DNA of 64,000 bases. Origin: Raillietiella orientalis. Taxonomy: Eukaryota. Positions 42,901 to 55,200 of the stretch are shown in pieces. The stretch spans positions 620,001-684,000 of the forward strand of contig JAYWIR010000001.1 in NCBI GenBank assembly GCA_036172245.1. The letters are read 5' to 3'. Positions within the stretch are counted from its first letter, which is position 1. Every line of letters starts with the position of its first letter. Under the pieces are notes generated by a model, which was not told the origin of the DNA, did not search any database, and worked only from the letters and a program-made list of their open reading frames with translations. Both the position numbers and the translations under genes were made by a program.

Positions 42901-43462
42901 ACCTGTCTTCGTCGTGCAGGTCGGGGTTGCGGGAGTCGTTGAGGGTCTCCCCGAAGATCTCTCGGCAGAGCGCCACGCGTCCGCAGACGAGGATGCGCGC
43001 CAACTTGCGGAACTTCACGTCCGACATGCCAGCCGAGCCGAAGGCGAAGGATCCGCGGTAGCCAACGGTGATGGAGCCGGGCAGCCTCTCCGCCTCCGGG
43101 CAGGCGACCTCACGGGCCAGGAGCGCTGCCATCTCTGTCAGCCGGAAGAACTCCGCCTCCGATCGCAGCCTCCGCAGCTCTGGGAAGCGGTCAGGGAGCA
43201 GCACCCGGTCGTTCCGCATGAAGTCCAGCAAGAAACGGAAAAGCGGGCCGTCCCGGTCGATGAGATGGCGCCCCTCGCGGTCGCGCAGGGCGGGCAGACG
43301 GTCCTCTCCCGCCACTGGGGGTGCGCCGCCCTCTCCGCCCCCGGGGGAGAACAGCTTCGCCAGCAAGGAATCCGGGTACTTCATCAACGTCGCCAGGGAG
43401 GTGGCGTAGGGCACGCCGCCTACGTTCAGCTCAATCACCTCGTCCGCCCGCGCCGCCGCCAT
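39996..43462 (-). CDS. KCTD8/12/16-family BTB(T1)+H1 domain protein, ~250 aa
   Basis: Exons 43462-42903 and 40188-39996, joined across a phase-2 GT-AG intron as DR/YSSRFFLKH. T1 domain: VIELNVGG, YPDSLL, IDRDGPLFRFLLDFMR, LRSEAEFFRL. H1 domain: ITVGYRGSF, KFRKLARILVCG, EIFGETLNDSR, LEQAFDML, WNHYNEYLF. Confidence 0.93.
41735..42120. repeat. Long polypyrimidine (CT-rich) low-complexity tract in the KCTD intron
   Basis: ~380 nt almost exclusively C/T on +. A GA-rich counterpart lies at ~40470-40660. Confidence 0.85.
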
Positions 43463-45444
43463 CCTCGGCAGCGCGCCCACCGCCGACTCAAGCGGTCTCC
43501 TCCCGCCCGGCAAATGCAGGGACGCCGCCGTCCCCGTCTGGAAGGTACCGGGAGCGAGTGAGGAGGAGGGGGAATACTGCAGGACCTGTACCGGGTTCCG
43601 ATAGGCTGCGCGCCTTCGCGCATCGATTGGCTCCCTGGCGACCGCAGCCCGCTCCCCAGGAGAGCCTCCGAACCCGGGGCTGGCGCCACGGAGCGCGTCC
43701 GACTTCACCCCATCCTCTCCTTTCTCTGACTCCGCCTGCCGTCGCTGCCCTTTCTTCCCTTCCCGTTCCCTGGCTCCGGGACCTTCCCAGGAGGAAGGGA
43801 GGCAGCGAACTGGAGTTTAGGAGAAGGCTCCAGAGCTAGGAAAGCGGGACTCTCAGCCTGGGTGGCGCCTGCCTCCCCAGGGCGATCCTCCACAAGTGAA
43901 ACGGGAGGAACGAGCGCGGGACTCCATACCAGGACTGGTCAGCAGCGGAAGGTCACACGCCCGCAACGGTCGCAGCAGCATCTCTCCCACATCTTCCCCC
44001 TCCTCTTCCTTCTTTCCTTCTTACTCCCTTCCATCTGTTCCTTCTCGCCTTCCTTCCTCCTTCCCTCAGTAGGGACAAACCCAACGCTCAACACTTGGGC
44101 GCGCGCCAGGGACTTGCCCCGGCTTCCCGGACGGCGTAAGCGAGCAGCCGGGAGCTCCTTCCCTTCCCCTGGGAGTAGAGGGTGGAGGAGGATGCGGAAA
44201 TTAACGGTTCGCCTTTCTCCTCCCCCCTTCTTCCGTCTGCGGCAATCTGCCGGTGGTGATGCTGACCGCGCAGATGGACGGGGAGCGTCCGCAGCCTCGT
44301 CGCATGCTGCTCTGTTTCCCTCTGGCGCTCGAGGCAGGGGAGGTGCCGGGGCGCGAGCTTCCTGGTTCCTGCCGCAGCGGAGTGCCACCCTTTGATCTTC
44401 CCTCCTCCCTTTCAGCACCTACAGTGCCGGCATTACCACCACCACCACTACGCCGCCATGAGAGAGTCACCGGCGTCCGGGAGGGGTCTTCGGCCTTTTC
44501 CATCTCGCCGAAAGGCCTGCAGATCTCGAACTTGGGAGTGGCGTCGACCTCTACCTCCCGCTGCTGCGCCATCCAGTTGGACTCCTCGCCTCGCGTGTCT
44601 GCGGACAGACGGCGCCACTACCCTCACCCACGCGTGCGACTGACTGTGGCCTCGAGGGACGGGAAGTGGGGTGGGAGAGTGCGGCACCGGGAACGACCGG
44701 CTCTCCGGAAGGCGCGGCCGACCGAAACCCGACGAGGGTCGATTTCTTCCAGACGGACGGGCGGGAGGGGAGGGCTGGAACAACGCCAGAGGGAGGATCC
44801 GGGAGCGTCCTGAAACGACGGGGAAGGAAGAGGGGCCGGCCAGTCTCCCCCCCCCCCCATTCCTCCACGCCCTGTCCCCTTCCTGCGCAAAGAAGAGGAA
44901 CGGCGCATCGTCCGCCCCAGGAGACAGACGCGCCCGTGTCGAGCTCGATGCGCCTGGCTCTTCCGTCCCCACGCCCCCACGCCGATCTTTCGATGGAAGG
45001 GGAGGGGAGTTGCATCGCGGGCCCTCCGTCGCTTTTCCTCCCATGCCTTGCGGCCTCCCCTCCTTTCCCTGCCTTCGTCGAGCGCCTTGGGGACCAACCC
45101 TTCGCGACACCCCTGAAACTCCCCCGGAAGGACTCCGGCACACCGCCAGGGGTTCCGGGTTTGCGTTGCGCCGGGATGGAGGGCGACCGGGACCCTCCTC
45201 ACCTCTCTTCTTCCTCCTTCTCCCTCCTCACCCCGCCCTGTCCCCCCATCCCTTTTGCCCTTCCTCCGCCACCCCCACTTTCTCCTCACTTTCTCCTCAT
45301 GGCCAAAAGTCAACGGAAGCAGCCGGAAACCGTCCACCCCCCTCAACTGGCCGGGGTTGGGAAGTCGATCCTCCAGGATGCTCCCAGGAACCAAGGAGTC
45401 GGTTCCCTTCAGGATTCCCCTCTCCCGTTGCGAAAATGGAGCCG

Positions 45445-45590
45445 TCCCGCGGAGCTGGTTGATATCTCCTTTGGGGGTTGCCTCCCTAGAGTGTGAGCAG
45501 TTCGCGCTGCCCCCTTCAGGGATCCCTTGTGGGTGCCGTGGAGAATGAGGAAGAGGTGGTTCCCTTCGGGGTTCCCCCCGGAGATCACCT
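45445..45590 (+). mobile_element. Partial, diverged SINE body (copy E)
   Basis: GGAGCTGGTTGAT..CCCTTGTGGG..GGTTCCCTTCGGGGTTCCCCCCGGAGA is shared with copies B and C. Confidence 0.55.
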
Positions 45591-48119
45591 CTTCACTCTT
45601 CCTCCCCTCGTCCCTCTCTTCCCTTACCCCCACCCTTTCCTCGTCTCCCCCTTTGCCGGCGGCGATCGCAGGAGGAGGAGGAAGCCCTACAGTGGCTGAA
45701 CTCTCGGGGAGACTCCGCCCCATTTCACCTCCGCCGAAATCTCCCCTTGGGCATCCCGCGGATGAGACGCGGACGTGGTCCAACGGCCCAACGGGGGGGG
45801 GGGGGAAGGAACCTCGGGGTCGCCCTCCACATTCCAGGGGCGCTTCTTCTTTCTCTCCGACGAAGGACCTGGGAAGAACAGAACGGATGTCCTGCGTCCC
45901 CCTCCACCGACCGGGTCGGTCCCACCCGACGCGGTGTCCCTCTGATCGCAGGGCAAGGGTCACTGCCACCGGTGACAGCAGCCAGGCGAGGGAGGAGGAA
46001 GTGGGGAGGAGAAGCTGACCACCCCGTGTCAAATTCTTGCCAGAAGCCGTCGTCACGAGGCGTGGGGATCAGAGGAGTCGAGAGAGTGCACGAAATGCGC
46101 GAGCGTTCCCATGGCAATGGGAAGCTCCTCCCGCCAAGTCGCGTGGGGACCTCGCTGCGGTGTGAAGACGGCGGGACCCCGAGGGCGTCCCTGGGAGAAA
46201 AGAGTGATCTCGGCAGACGGCGACGTCCCCCCCCGCATGACGTAGGCGTCTTCCGGAGACCCGAGGGTGGCGCGGCCGAGCGAGGTGACCTCCCGCTCCC
46301 GTTCCAGGCAGGGAGGGCGACCTTGGCGATGCTCCCTGGGAGCGGCTGCTGCTGGAAGGCACGCCCTTGGAGATAGCCCTCGATCGATGACCTCCTCTTC
46401 TCTCCCTGTTGCAGTCCCTTAGACGACCAACCTCACCCCTGGGTTGCGGTCTGGACGGACCAGGAGAGGGGGAAGAACCGTGCCTCGCTCCGAACTGCCT
46501 GCGAGTGAGGGTGCGGTTGGTCGTCCGAGGGGCCTCGGCCCGTCCTTCGGCGGAAGCGTGCTTCTTCTCTCTCGAGCACTTGTCCCCTCCTCCCGTGTTG
46601 TCTGGAGCAATGAGGGAAGGAAAGAGGGAGAGGCGGAAGCCGGGGAAGGTGTACATGGGGCCTCCGGGTCCTTCTCGAGTCTAGGCAACACTGCCCGCGA
46701 AGCCCGCGGTGAAACGCGGCCGCGCACGAACGCGGACTGCCGCCTGCAGATGGCAGCACGCTCTTGGCCGGGTACGCAGCCTGGGGAGTTCAGAAACCAC
46801 GCGGCACCAGAACGGCGGGGGCGAGGGGGATGGTGCTGGTGAAACGCACCGCTCCCGGGGAACGCCTGGCCCCAGGGAGGTCTCGCATCGCGCCGCGTGA
46901 GCCTCTGCGAAGTCTCCGCCCAGTGCTGCTTGCGTCCGTGAGACGGTGGAGCTCGCGAGACACCTCAGTGCCGCCGATGCGCAGCCGACGCGCCGGACAG
47001 CGACCTCCGTTCGTGGCAAGCTTTATGAATGCACACTCAACGGATCCCGAGGTTGGCGGGCTGAGCAGCAGCCCGCGCCCGGGACCCAATAAAGCTCTCT
47101 GGTTTGGTCCACTTCCTCTGCTGCAACCGCTCTTCCGCGCCTTCCCGCCGGGAAGCGCTTCCACGCCCTCTTCCCTTTCCACCCTCAGCTCGGAGGGAGG
47201 TTCCTCCCGAGCCAGAAGGGCAGGGACCGGGCTCGGTCCAGCACGCAAAAACCTTCCACGAGACGGTTTCCGGCGGCCCCGCGGCGTCCGAGAGGATCCA
47301 ATTGTCCTTCGGATGCTCAGCCTGCTATCTGCTGTGAGGGCGGCACACCAAAGGCGCGCGTGCTCGGAAGGAGGAAGGAAAGGCGCAGACGGAAGCAAAG
47401 ATCCCGTCCGCCTGAGCCTCCGAGACTCCGTAGGAAGACCTCCGCACGCGCCATTGCAGCATCTGGTCGGTTGATCTGACGTGGGAGAGGTACGGGAGGG
47501 AGAGGAAGAGGGGGGAACCCAAACTGGCAAAGCGGCCCGATGGCTGGGAAGGTCGCACGAGGCAGGAGCACAGAAGGAGGAGGAGGAGGATTCGCCCTTC
47601 CTGAGCGGAGGCTGCGGCCAGCTGCACTTCGTGTTCGGCCGTCCGTCCAAGGTACGCCGCTGCCAACCCGCCCCACGCACTTGCGCGCAGAGGTCGTCCC
47701 GTGCGGTGACTCCTCATTGCAAACATAAAACTTTGCATTCCACGCGCCAGCGGCCCCACGCGCACGGCTCGCGGAGTCTAACGCGCCGCTCGATGAAGTC
47801 GAAGCGCCCGCTGCCCGACGTTTCTTCTTCTTTCGTCTTCTGGAGATGCACCCGACACGAGACCTCGATTTACGCGAGGCTGGTCCGGAAAGGGAGGAGG
47901 AGGAACGGACCTCTTACGGGGCGAGGTCGTCGTGGCATGAAAGATGGTGAAGGCACTCGGTCCAACCGAATTGCGACGAGTCGGCCAGTTCTCACTCCCA
48001 TCCCAGTTCACCTTCGGTGTCATCCCCGAAAGAGCGCAAGAAAGTGCGTGACAGAGGGGGGGACCCTCTCAAGCCCACAGCCGCGAGTTTGCAGCCGATA
48101 CCCTCGTCTTCCTAAACGC

Positions 48120-48704
48120 GGCCCATGCTGGCGACCCCGCTGTGACTGCGGCCTCCGCAAGCACGACACCGAGCGGTTGTGGGTTCGAATACCGTCCGGG
48201 GTAAGAGTCGACCCCGAGAAAGGGGGGCACTCGTCGGGGGTTTCGAGTTCTCCCGCAGGCTGGCGCTGCTGGTTCGGGTGCGGTGCTCGCAGAAAGCGGA
48301 TGTCCTCGTTGAGTGGCCTCCGGGATTGGAATTGGGGACCCTCCGGGGCCCCCTCCTGTTGTGAGGGTGGAGCTGCACCATGGAGCTGGTTGATGCCCCC
48401 CTCGGACGGTCGTCTCTCCAGAGTGTCAAGGAGCGCTCTGCTCCCTTCGGGGTTCTCTTCGGAAGAGGAAACCAAGGAGCGGTTCCCTTGTGGGTTCCCT
48501 CCGGAAAAGATATTACAGGAGCGGATACTTTCCAGGGTTCCCTTTGGAGGATAAGCGAGGAGCAGCCCCTACAAACCGGGGGGCTTCCTCCGGTTTGTGG
48601 GTTCAGGGCGAGAGTTCCCTTGCCAAGCGTTAGAAGAATGAACTCCTGCCTCCGGAACCTTCCTGGATTCATAGGGTGGTCCCTATGAGGCTGCTCCCCC
48701 TAAC
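48120..48704 (+). mobile_element. tRNA-derived SINE, most complete copy (copy C)
   Basis: A-box-like TGGCGACCCCGC, B box GGTTCGAATAC (48182-48192), and body and 3' end colinear with copy B. Confidence 0.8.
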
Positions 48705-50804
48705 CTGAAGGGTTGGCACGCTCCTCGGGTGACGCAGACGGTGCTCTTCATGAGTTTCGTGAGCTCACCCCCCACGAGGTGGGAACGGTTCTTCAGCATT
48801 CCTGGGGAATCGAGGGAAAGGGGGGAAGCACGAAACATGGCAGTTCTGAAAGGCGCTGGGAGGAGGCGGGAGAGAGGCAGAGGTGCGCAGGGTAGGGGGT
48901 CGCGTCCGCTCGACGGGGGTTCCCCCGGAAGAACGCGCCACCTCGCGGCGGGACCACCCCGCCGCATCCTCACGTCTCTTCCTCCACGCCTTCCCGTCCG
49001 CCCTTGCCCGAGGCGCTCCAGCGTTCCTCTCCCGAGTGTTTCGGAATCTTCGGAACGGTTGGCGAACGGCTCAGCCGTGCGGCGGCAGCGCGCCCACGCA
49101 GAATGAGGGATCCCCCGTGCAGCCGCTGGACGGCGAGGGGAGACGAGGCGCACGGCAGGACGGAAAGAAAGTCGCCGCTGCGCGCGATGCTGGAAACCTC
49201 CGAGAGCGCCTGCGGCGCAGCTCTTCGAGTGTGGACGGGACGCCCCCGCAAGATGCACACGCACGTCCTTCCCACCCCCATGGGCTGCACTTCCCTTGGG
49301 CACACACGGAAGCAACAACAGGAATTCCCTCTCGGCAACACGACTTGACGACCCCGAGAGCGCGCACGCACTCTTTTTCGGTCATACGGAGACCCCCCGC
49401 TCCCCAGCAACCCTGGATCCGGGCAGGGTGCTACGAATTGCCCATGGAAAAGCACGCGCAGCTGTGCACTCTGGGATTAGCTCGGGGTTAGCATCCGCCC
49501 CCTCAGAGAGCAACAACACATCGGTTGCTGGGACACAACGGAAGGGAGGGAAAGATGCTATGGGGAGACGGACGCTTGTGGGCCGAAACGACGGAGGACT
49601 CCGCCCACGTCCCCTCCTCCGCATGGCGCTGAAGAAGAATGGACGGGAGAAGAAACACCTTCGAAGGAGGCGAGATGGCGCGTCCTCCACCCCCATCCCC
49701 CCGACGAAGGAATTCTCCCTTCACGACTGCCTGGTGGGAGGAAAAGAACTTTCGCATGCGCAGTAGGCAGCGCAAGAGTCCTGCCGCGGTATCGATCCGC
49801 GGGAGGGGTGAGGAGAGATGCCAAGGCAAAGAGGTCACGTCCTTCCGGGGAAGATGGACCTCCCTCACGGCGCTTCTGCGGGAGTGCCCCTCGGCACGAA
49901 GCCTCTTCGACAGGCGGAATAGCCGGCGCACTCTTGCGCCGAGTTCGGGACTTCCGGCTGCAGCGATGCGCGCGCGTCTCCGGGAAAAGGAAGGGGGGAG
50001 ACGCCATCGTCCCGTCCTCCTCACGAGGAAGTCGCCTACCCCCTGGCGAAGACACCCGAGCGACTTCTCCTCAAAGTCCTTCGAGGGGTGCCTCCCCCTC
50101 CTCCCTTGGAGAAGGGAGCGGAAGACCCCACACTGTATCCATCCCGTGACGGCGAAGAGTCCAGGACGTGGATAACCTGAAGGCAGAGAGAACTCGCGAG
50201 TCTCCACCTCCTGGCCTGATCACCCCTCGGAACGCCAGCGACGACCAAGACGACGAAGGGAGGCGTACGAAAAGGGCGCGGGGAGCCAGCTGCCTTTCCA
50301 GGCTTCCCTGCGGGATGAAGGGGCCACTCGCAGCCCGCCGAGCACGCAGGGAGGGAGGGGAGGGGGGATAAGGCGACGCCACCGATCCGCCCGGCTGTGC
50401 CGATGGAGGAGACTCCCACAAGGCCGTGCAGGGGAACAGCTGACGTTCTCATCGCCGCCGCCTCCACCCCTGGCCACGTAGGTTCTTGCCTCCGGTGGTT
50501 TCCACACATGCAGAGTGCGCTGGGTGGGCACGGCGCCGAAGCCGCCGGCAAGGACGGACGCGGGGGGAGGGAGTAACGGCCCCGGTCCGGGGTGGGGTCC
50601 GTTCCCCTCCTTTTGCCGCCGCTATCAGCACGAGGAGCACGAACTGCCTCGCTCCCGCGGGAATGCCGGTTGCCGCGGTGTCCCCAATGAGGTGCCCGCG
50701 GCGTCCACCTGTTTCCATGGGAGGTTGAAGAGGCTCCGGTGCACACCGGGACGGCGGCGCGGATGCTTCTTTTGGCCGCCGCCACGCGCGGCTCGGCGTT
50801 TGCG

Positions 50805-51695
50805 GATCCGCTCCTGAAATTTCTTTCCCAGAAGGAACCCGCAAGGGAACCGCTCCTTGGTTTCCTCCTCCAAAGAGAACCCCGAAGGGAGCGGCGCGCT
50901 TCTGGCACTCTGGAGAGGCGACTCCCGAGGAAGGCATCAACCAGCTCCATGGTACGGCTCCACCCCCACTAACCGGAGGGAACCACGAAGGGCTCCTTGA
51001 TCGCTGGAAGGACCCATAGGGTCCTCACTTCTAATCCCGGAGGCCACTCAACGAGGGCATCCGCTTTCCACCAGTGCTGCGCCTTAGCAGCACTTTGCTG
51101 CCCACGGAGCGGGACCGTGGCTGCATGGAGCAGCAACGCCAGTGGAGGCCAGGACCATAGGACGCCATATATTCTGCCGTCCTTTTCACGAGGACAGAGT
51201 CAAGATGGCCCCATCTGGGAGTCTTGAAACAGGAAATGACCGGCATCTTTACAAGGATGCGGAGGACACCCTTCAGCACACAGTGATCCCCCCCCTCCAA
51301 TTTTTTTACTGTATGTTTTTTTGTTTTATATATTTTTTTCTTTTTTTGTTATCTCCTCTTCCCCTGTGCTGCTGAGACGAACCCTGCTGGCCTGCGTGCC
51401 AGATCCCGGCAGGTTTTTTTCGTATCCATCAGTAATGTGGCAGGATCAAACGTCCTGCCACAGACATCTATGTTTATTTTTTATAGATAAACACCCCGGC
51501 GTATCCGGGTGTTAACCAGCGCCGCACCTGAACCAGCAGCTCCCGCCTGAGGGGAGGACTCGAAACCCACGACACCCTTCCTCCTCCCCATTTGTCGGCG
51601 TCGATAGGCGGGATTTTCCCCGTGGGCGATTCGAACCCACGACCGCTCGGTGTCGCACCGGCGGAAGGCATAGCCGCACGGCCGCCAACACGCGG
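50805..51695 (-). mobile_element. tRNA-derived SINE (copy D), interrupted by a LINE 3' fragment
   Basis: 50805-51069 and 51515-51695 are reverse complements of adjacent parts of copy C. Head has TGGCGGCCGTGCGG and GGTTCGAATC. Confidence 0.8.
51085..51514 (+). mobile_element. 5'-truncated copy of the Tx1/L1-like LINE 3' end, with target-site duplication
   Basis: LAALCC..VAAWS..DAIYSAVL..SRWPHL..Q* is homologous to LAASCC..VATWS..DAIHSAIL..TRWPHL..Q* at 18290-18485, and the UTR layout is the same. Flanked by ACCAGTGCTGCGCCT (51070-51084) and ACCAGCGCCGCACCT (51515-51529). Confidence 0.85.
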
Positions 51696-51959
51696 TCACG
51701 CACCGTTTATCAGGTCGCTGCCGCAGGCAGATGGCAGTGGGGAACAGCTTCTAAAAATTGCTAGCTCACTATAGAGAGTTCCATGAGGGGTCAAATGACT
51801 TCGCACCGGAGCACTAACCGCTGGTCCATGAAATCAGCGGAGGACAGATCGCAGGTTTCGTTCGACTCCCGTCGTGCTGCCTCGATCTTCCACGTCAAAA
51901 TGCAACGAAATTTCGAGAATCCGCCGCCGAGCGGAAGGTGGTCAGCTCTGCAAGGCGTT

Positions 51960-52254
51960 GCCGCTGCCGCCACTGTCGTTCAGGAACACGGTGGCAATTC
52001 CCCAAGTCTTCCAAGGAGCCATCCTTTCCCGACCCTCCAAGGTGCTCGTATTTATTATTTTTCTATTCTTTTAATTTATTTTTCTTTTTTGCTCCCCTTC
52101 GCTTCCGGCGGCGGCCGAGGCGAACGACGCCGGTCTGCGTGCTGGCTGCCCGGCAGGTCCGGTGCAGAATTGGCTGTTGGTGGAGTCACGTGCACCACCA
52201 CAAAAGTTGCAGGTTCGTGAAGCTGTCAATAAACGCCCCGGTCGTCACCGAGTA
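51960..52254 (+). mobile_element. Third, more diverged 3' end of the same LINE family
   Basis: TRW remnant, T-rich tract, GCCGGTCTGCGTGCTGGC..CCCGGCAGGTC and AATAAACGCCCCGG. The left boundary is uncertain. Confidence 0.7.
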
Positions 52255-55200
52255 GCAGCCCCAAGGAGACCCCCCTTCGGAGCTTCGCACGCGCGCGCGC
52301 GCAGCATCGTTGCCTTCACACGTGCGGGAGCGGACGGGAAGCTGCGGCCCGCGACCTACTCCCGGAGGAACGTTCGTCGAAACGTTCGACGCACGCGACG
52401 CGCTCCCGCTTCGGGCGAACGGCCGCTACAGCTCGTCTGCCTCAGGAATTCACCCCCGCGACATTCCAGGTGCCCCTCACTTCCCCTTTTCCCCCTCGCC
52501 CCCCCCCCCCGCCCGCGTATTTGGAGTGTGGCAGCTCACGCAGCATTCTTCGAGAAAGTGGAGAGGGACGCAGGAGGCACGTTCGTTCCCCCGAAGGATT
52601 CCTCGGACGTCCGCTTTCAGCATACCCTAACGCCCCCTTCTAGGAAGCTGCCGGCAAAAGTGGGGGAGGAAATTTTTTTCAAAAAAAAACGCATTTTCGG
52701 TGAGAACCCTTCAAAAAAGGGACGGTCAGCAGTCACGACGAGACATTCCCTTTCGGCTGACTCCTGGAAATCCTGCAGGATCGGTGCACGCGACAACGAG
52801 AGCGAGGGCGGGCTGAAAACGAACGAACGAACACGGAGCGAGGCGAGTCGGGAGGAGGAAGCGGATGCAGGAAGACGGGGAGCCCATCTTACAGAAGAAC
52901 GCCACTCCTCCGAATGGATCCGCTAATGCGCGGACTGCGTCGTCTTGCGTGCTTCCAAGATGGCGGCGGCACGCGAGCACGCAACGGCGTTCATCCTGAA
53001 AAGCCACGCTTTGAAAAGGCCAAGTGCGCAGTGCACGGCGTCCGACACGTGTCCACTGCTTTTCCCCCGCCTGACCTCGGCGTACCTCCCGCTCCTCTGG
53101 TGCTCTCGGGTGCCGCTCGAACGTTCGCCCCCAGCACTCGCGAGAGAAGAGGAACCCTGAAACAAACATCGTGCGAGAGGAGGGGGAAAAAAATCTTTTT
53201 TTTTTTTTTTTTTTATTTATTTATTTATTCCGTCGTCCCTTGCTGCTGTCCTGCTGGGACAGCCTCCTTTCGCTTGCAGCGAGCGTGGTCGACCATCGCG
53301 GCCAAAGTTGCTCCGCGCCTCGCGTTTGCTGCCGCCTCCGACTCTTCCTCGGCCGGTTCTACGAGCTGGCTGGCTCGGTGCAGCATCAGCAACAGCCGGC
53401 GCCACGGTTTCCGAGAATTCGGATCTCTGGTGGTCTCCGAGCGCTTCGAATGGTTAGCTGATGGTGACCTTTCCCCCGCGTTCCACACGGGCTTCGCTGG
53501 CGTGTGCGACCTCTCTTGGGCGAAAAAAATTGGACGTCAGAACGCGAGACACTTTTTGGTGAAAACACTTTGATAGTTACTGCATGCGACACGCAGTCGA
53601 AAACACCTCGACACCACAACGTTACGCTCCTCGAGCATGTAGTACTGCAACGTAACGGTGGTAAAGAAGAGGAAGAAAGGAAAAAAAAGCCTGCATGATG
53701 CGGCTACAAGAAGCACAGAAAATCCTTACACTCTGCACCGCCGTTACTTCCTTTCGCTGCCGCTGAAGCCAATCGTGCGGGTGACCGCCGTCCATTAGCC
53801 GAATACGCAAGCCGAAGGGAATGTGCGGTGGAGTCCTCCCCGTCTCGTTCATCAGGCAAGCGCGAATCCGATGTGTCCCTTGGGCCGACGAAGAAGGCGT
53901 AACGAAGAGGGATTAGCACTTCGGAAGAACCCATCAAAACCTGCGAGTACTCTGACTCTCTGGACCTTCTTCAAAGACTCGCGCCAAAGTTTTTTTCTTT
54001 TCTTTTCTTTTCGACGAAGAGGAGGCGAGCATTCGTTGAAGGAACGAATCAACCCTTTTCATTTCCTGTAAACGAGCTGCTTCCTTTTTCCTTCGCAAAT
54101 CCCTTGTTGGCACAGCGCACGAGGTTCGGACCGGAAGAAAATTTTGCATAATGAGTTACCCGAGCTGCAACTTGATGGCAAAGAAATGGATGGGAGAGAG
54201 ATAAACAGAAAAGTAATCAAGGAGAGTAGACGAGGGAGGGAAAAAAGGAAAAAAAAAAAAAAAACAGAAAGAAGGGGGGGGGGGGGACGAAGCTTTCCGT
54301 ATCATCAGGCGAGCAACAAAATTTTGCAGCAGGTGATGGCACCGAGTTGGTTAGACAGACGCGTCTGCGTTGTTTTTGAGTCAATGTCCTTCGGCAGCAC
54401 GTTTCCTGGAGACCACGGCGTTAGACAAACAGAACCGACTCCCGAAGACGAAGCACACGCACGCCCCCTGTCCTGAACGATCCTGTGCTCGTGCAAGAGG
54501 GGACCACCGACTTGCAGAGCAGCAGACGTCCAGCGGAGCTGCAGCGGAACGGCTCCAAATCGACTGAAGATCGGTTTGACCACAATTTGCGGGGCAAACC
54601 CATCGTCACGTCCACCGGAGTGGGATTCGCAGGATGCGTGAACCTCGCATCGCTCTCGGGTCCCCACGCACGCCCCCCGGAGCCAGCCGTGACACAGGCG
54701 GGAACAAGTCAACTCTTCCGAAATCGAACCGAAGCGCCCGGTCGGGAGTTGGGGCGCTTGGCGCTTTTGCAAAGTGCAGCAGCTCAAAACCCCGTGGACC
54801 GCCGAGCGAAGCTTCCAGAAGAACTGCGACTCGCCTACACGCCCGGATGCCCCACTCCCCGCGTCCCACCACAGCATAGGTTCCGCTTCATCCGCGCTGA
54901 AAGGAAGAACCTTCGGACTCGCAGCGAAGCCATCCAATGAGCGAAAGGATGCTGGATGTCATAGCCTGGGTGAAAAGCATCCGTTTGGGCGAGGCGGAAG
55001 CGGGAAATTCCGCTGCGTAGGCCAACGAAGCGCCATGCGAGGCGGCGCGAATGGAACGCGGCTAAAAGAGTACCTATTCTACTTGGGCCTCTGTGCTATT
55101 CGTTCCGAAGTTGGGAAAGAACACAGAAAGGCAAAATGCGGATGGATCGGTGGAGCGACCTGTGCAGACACATACGCAACCTTTGACCCGGCCGATTACC

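Noticed and set aside
46680-47100. Scattered LINE-like peptide shards: LGGDF here, LTFGRHV ~22915, RRILGAVKST ~29990, FPYPGI ~38255, QLYGSEV ~59005
   Set aside because: Each is only a 5-10 residue resemblance. They are probably ancient LINE debris but cannot be supported individually without a profile search.
48120-48200. Possible tRNA genes at the GGTTCGAAT motifs (also 19707, 20887, 51628)
   Set aside because: No closable cloverleaf or acceptor stem, and each continues into the same repeat body, so they are SINE heads.
53196-53229. (TAAA)n + poly(A) on the minus strand as a retro-insert tail
   Set aside because: No TSD or identifiable upstream element, and homopolymer runs are common throughout the window.
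54291-54310. Hammerhead-like CTGATGA..GAAA on the minus strand (also CTGATGAG near 57997)
   Set aside because: No stem II or III pairing in the first case and no GAAA in the second.
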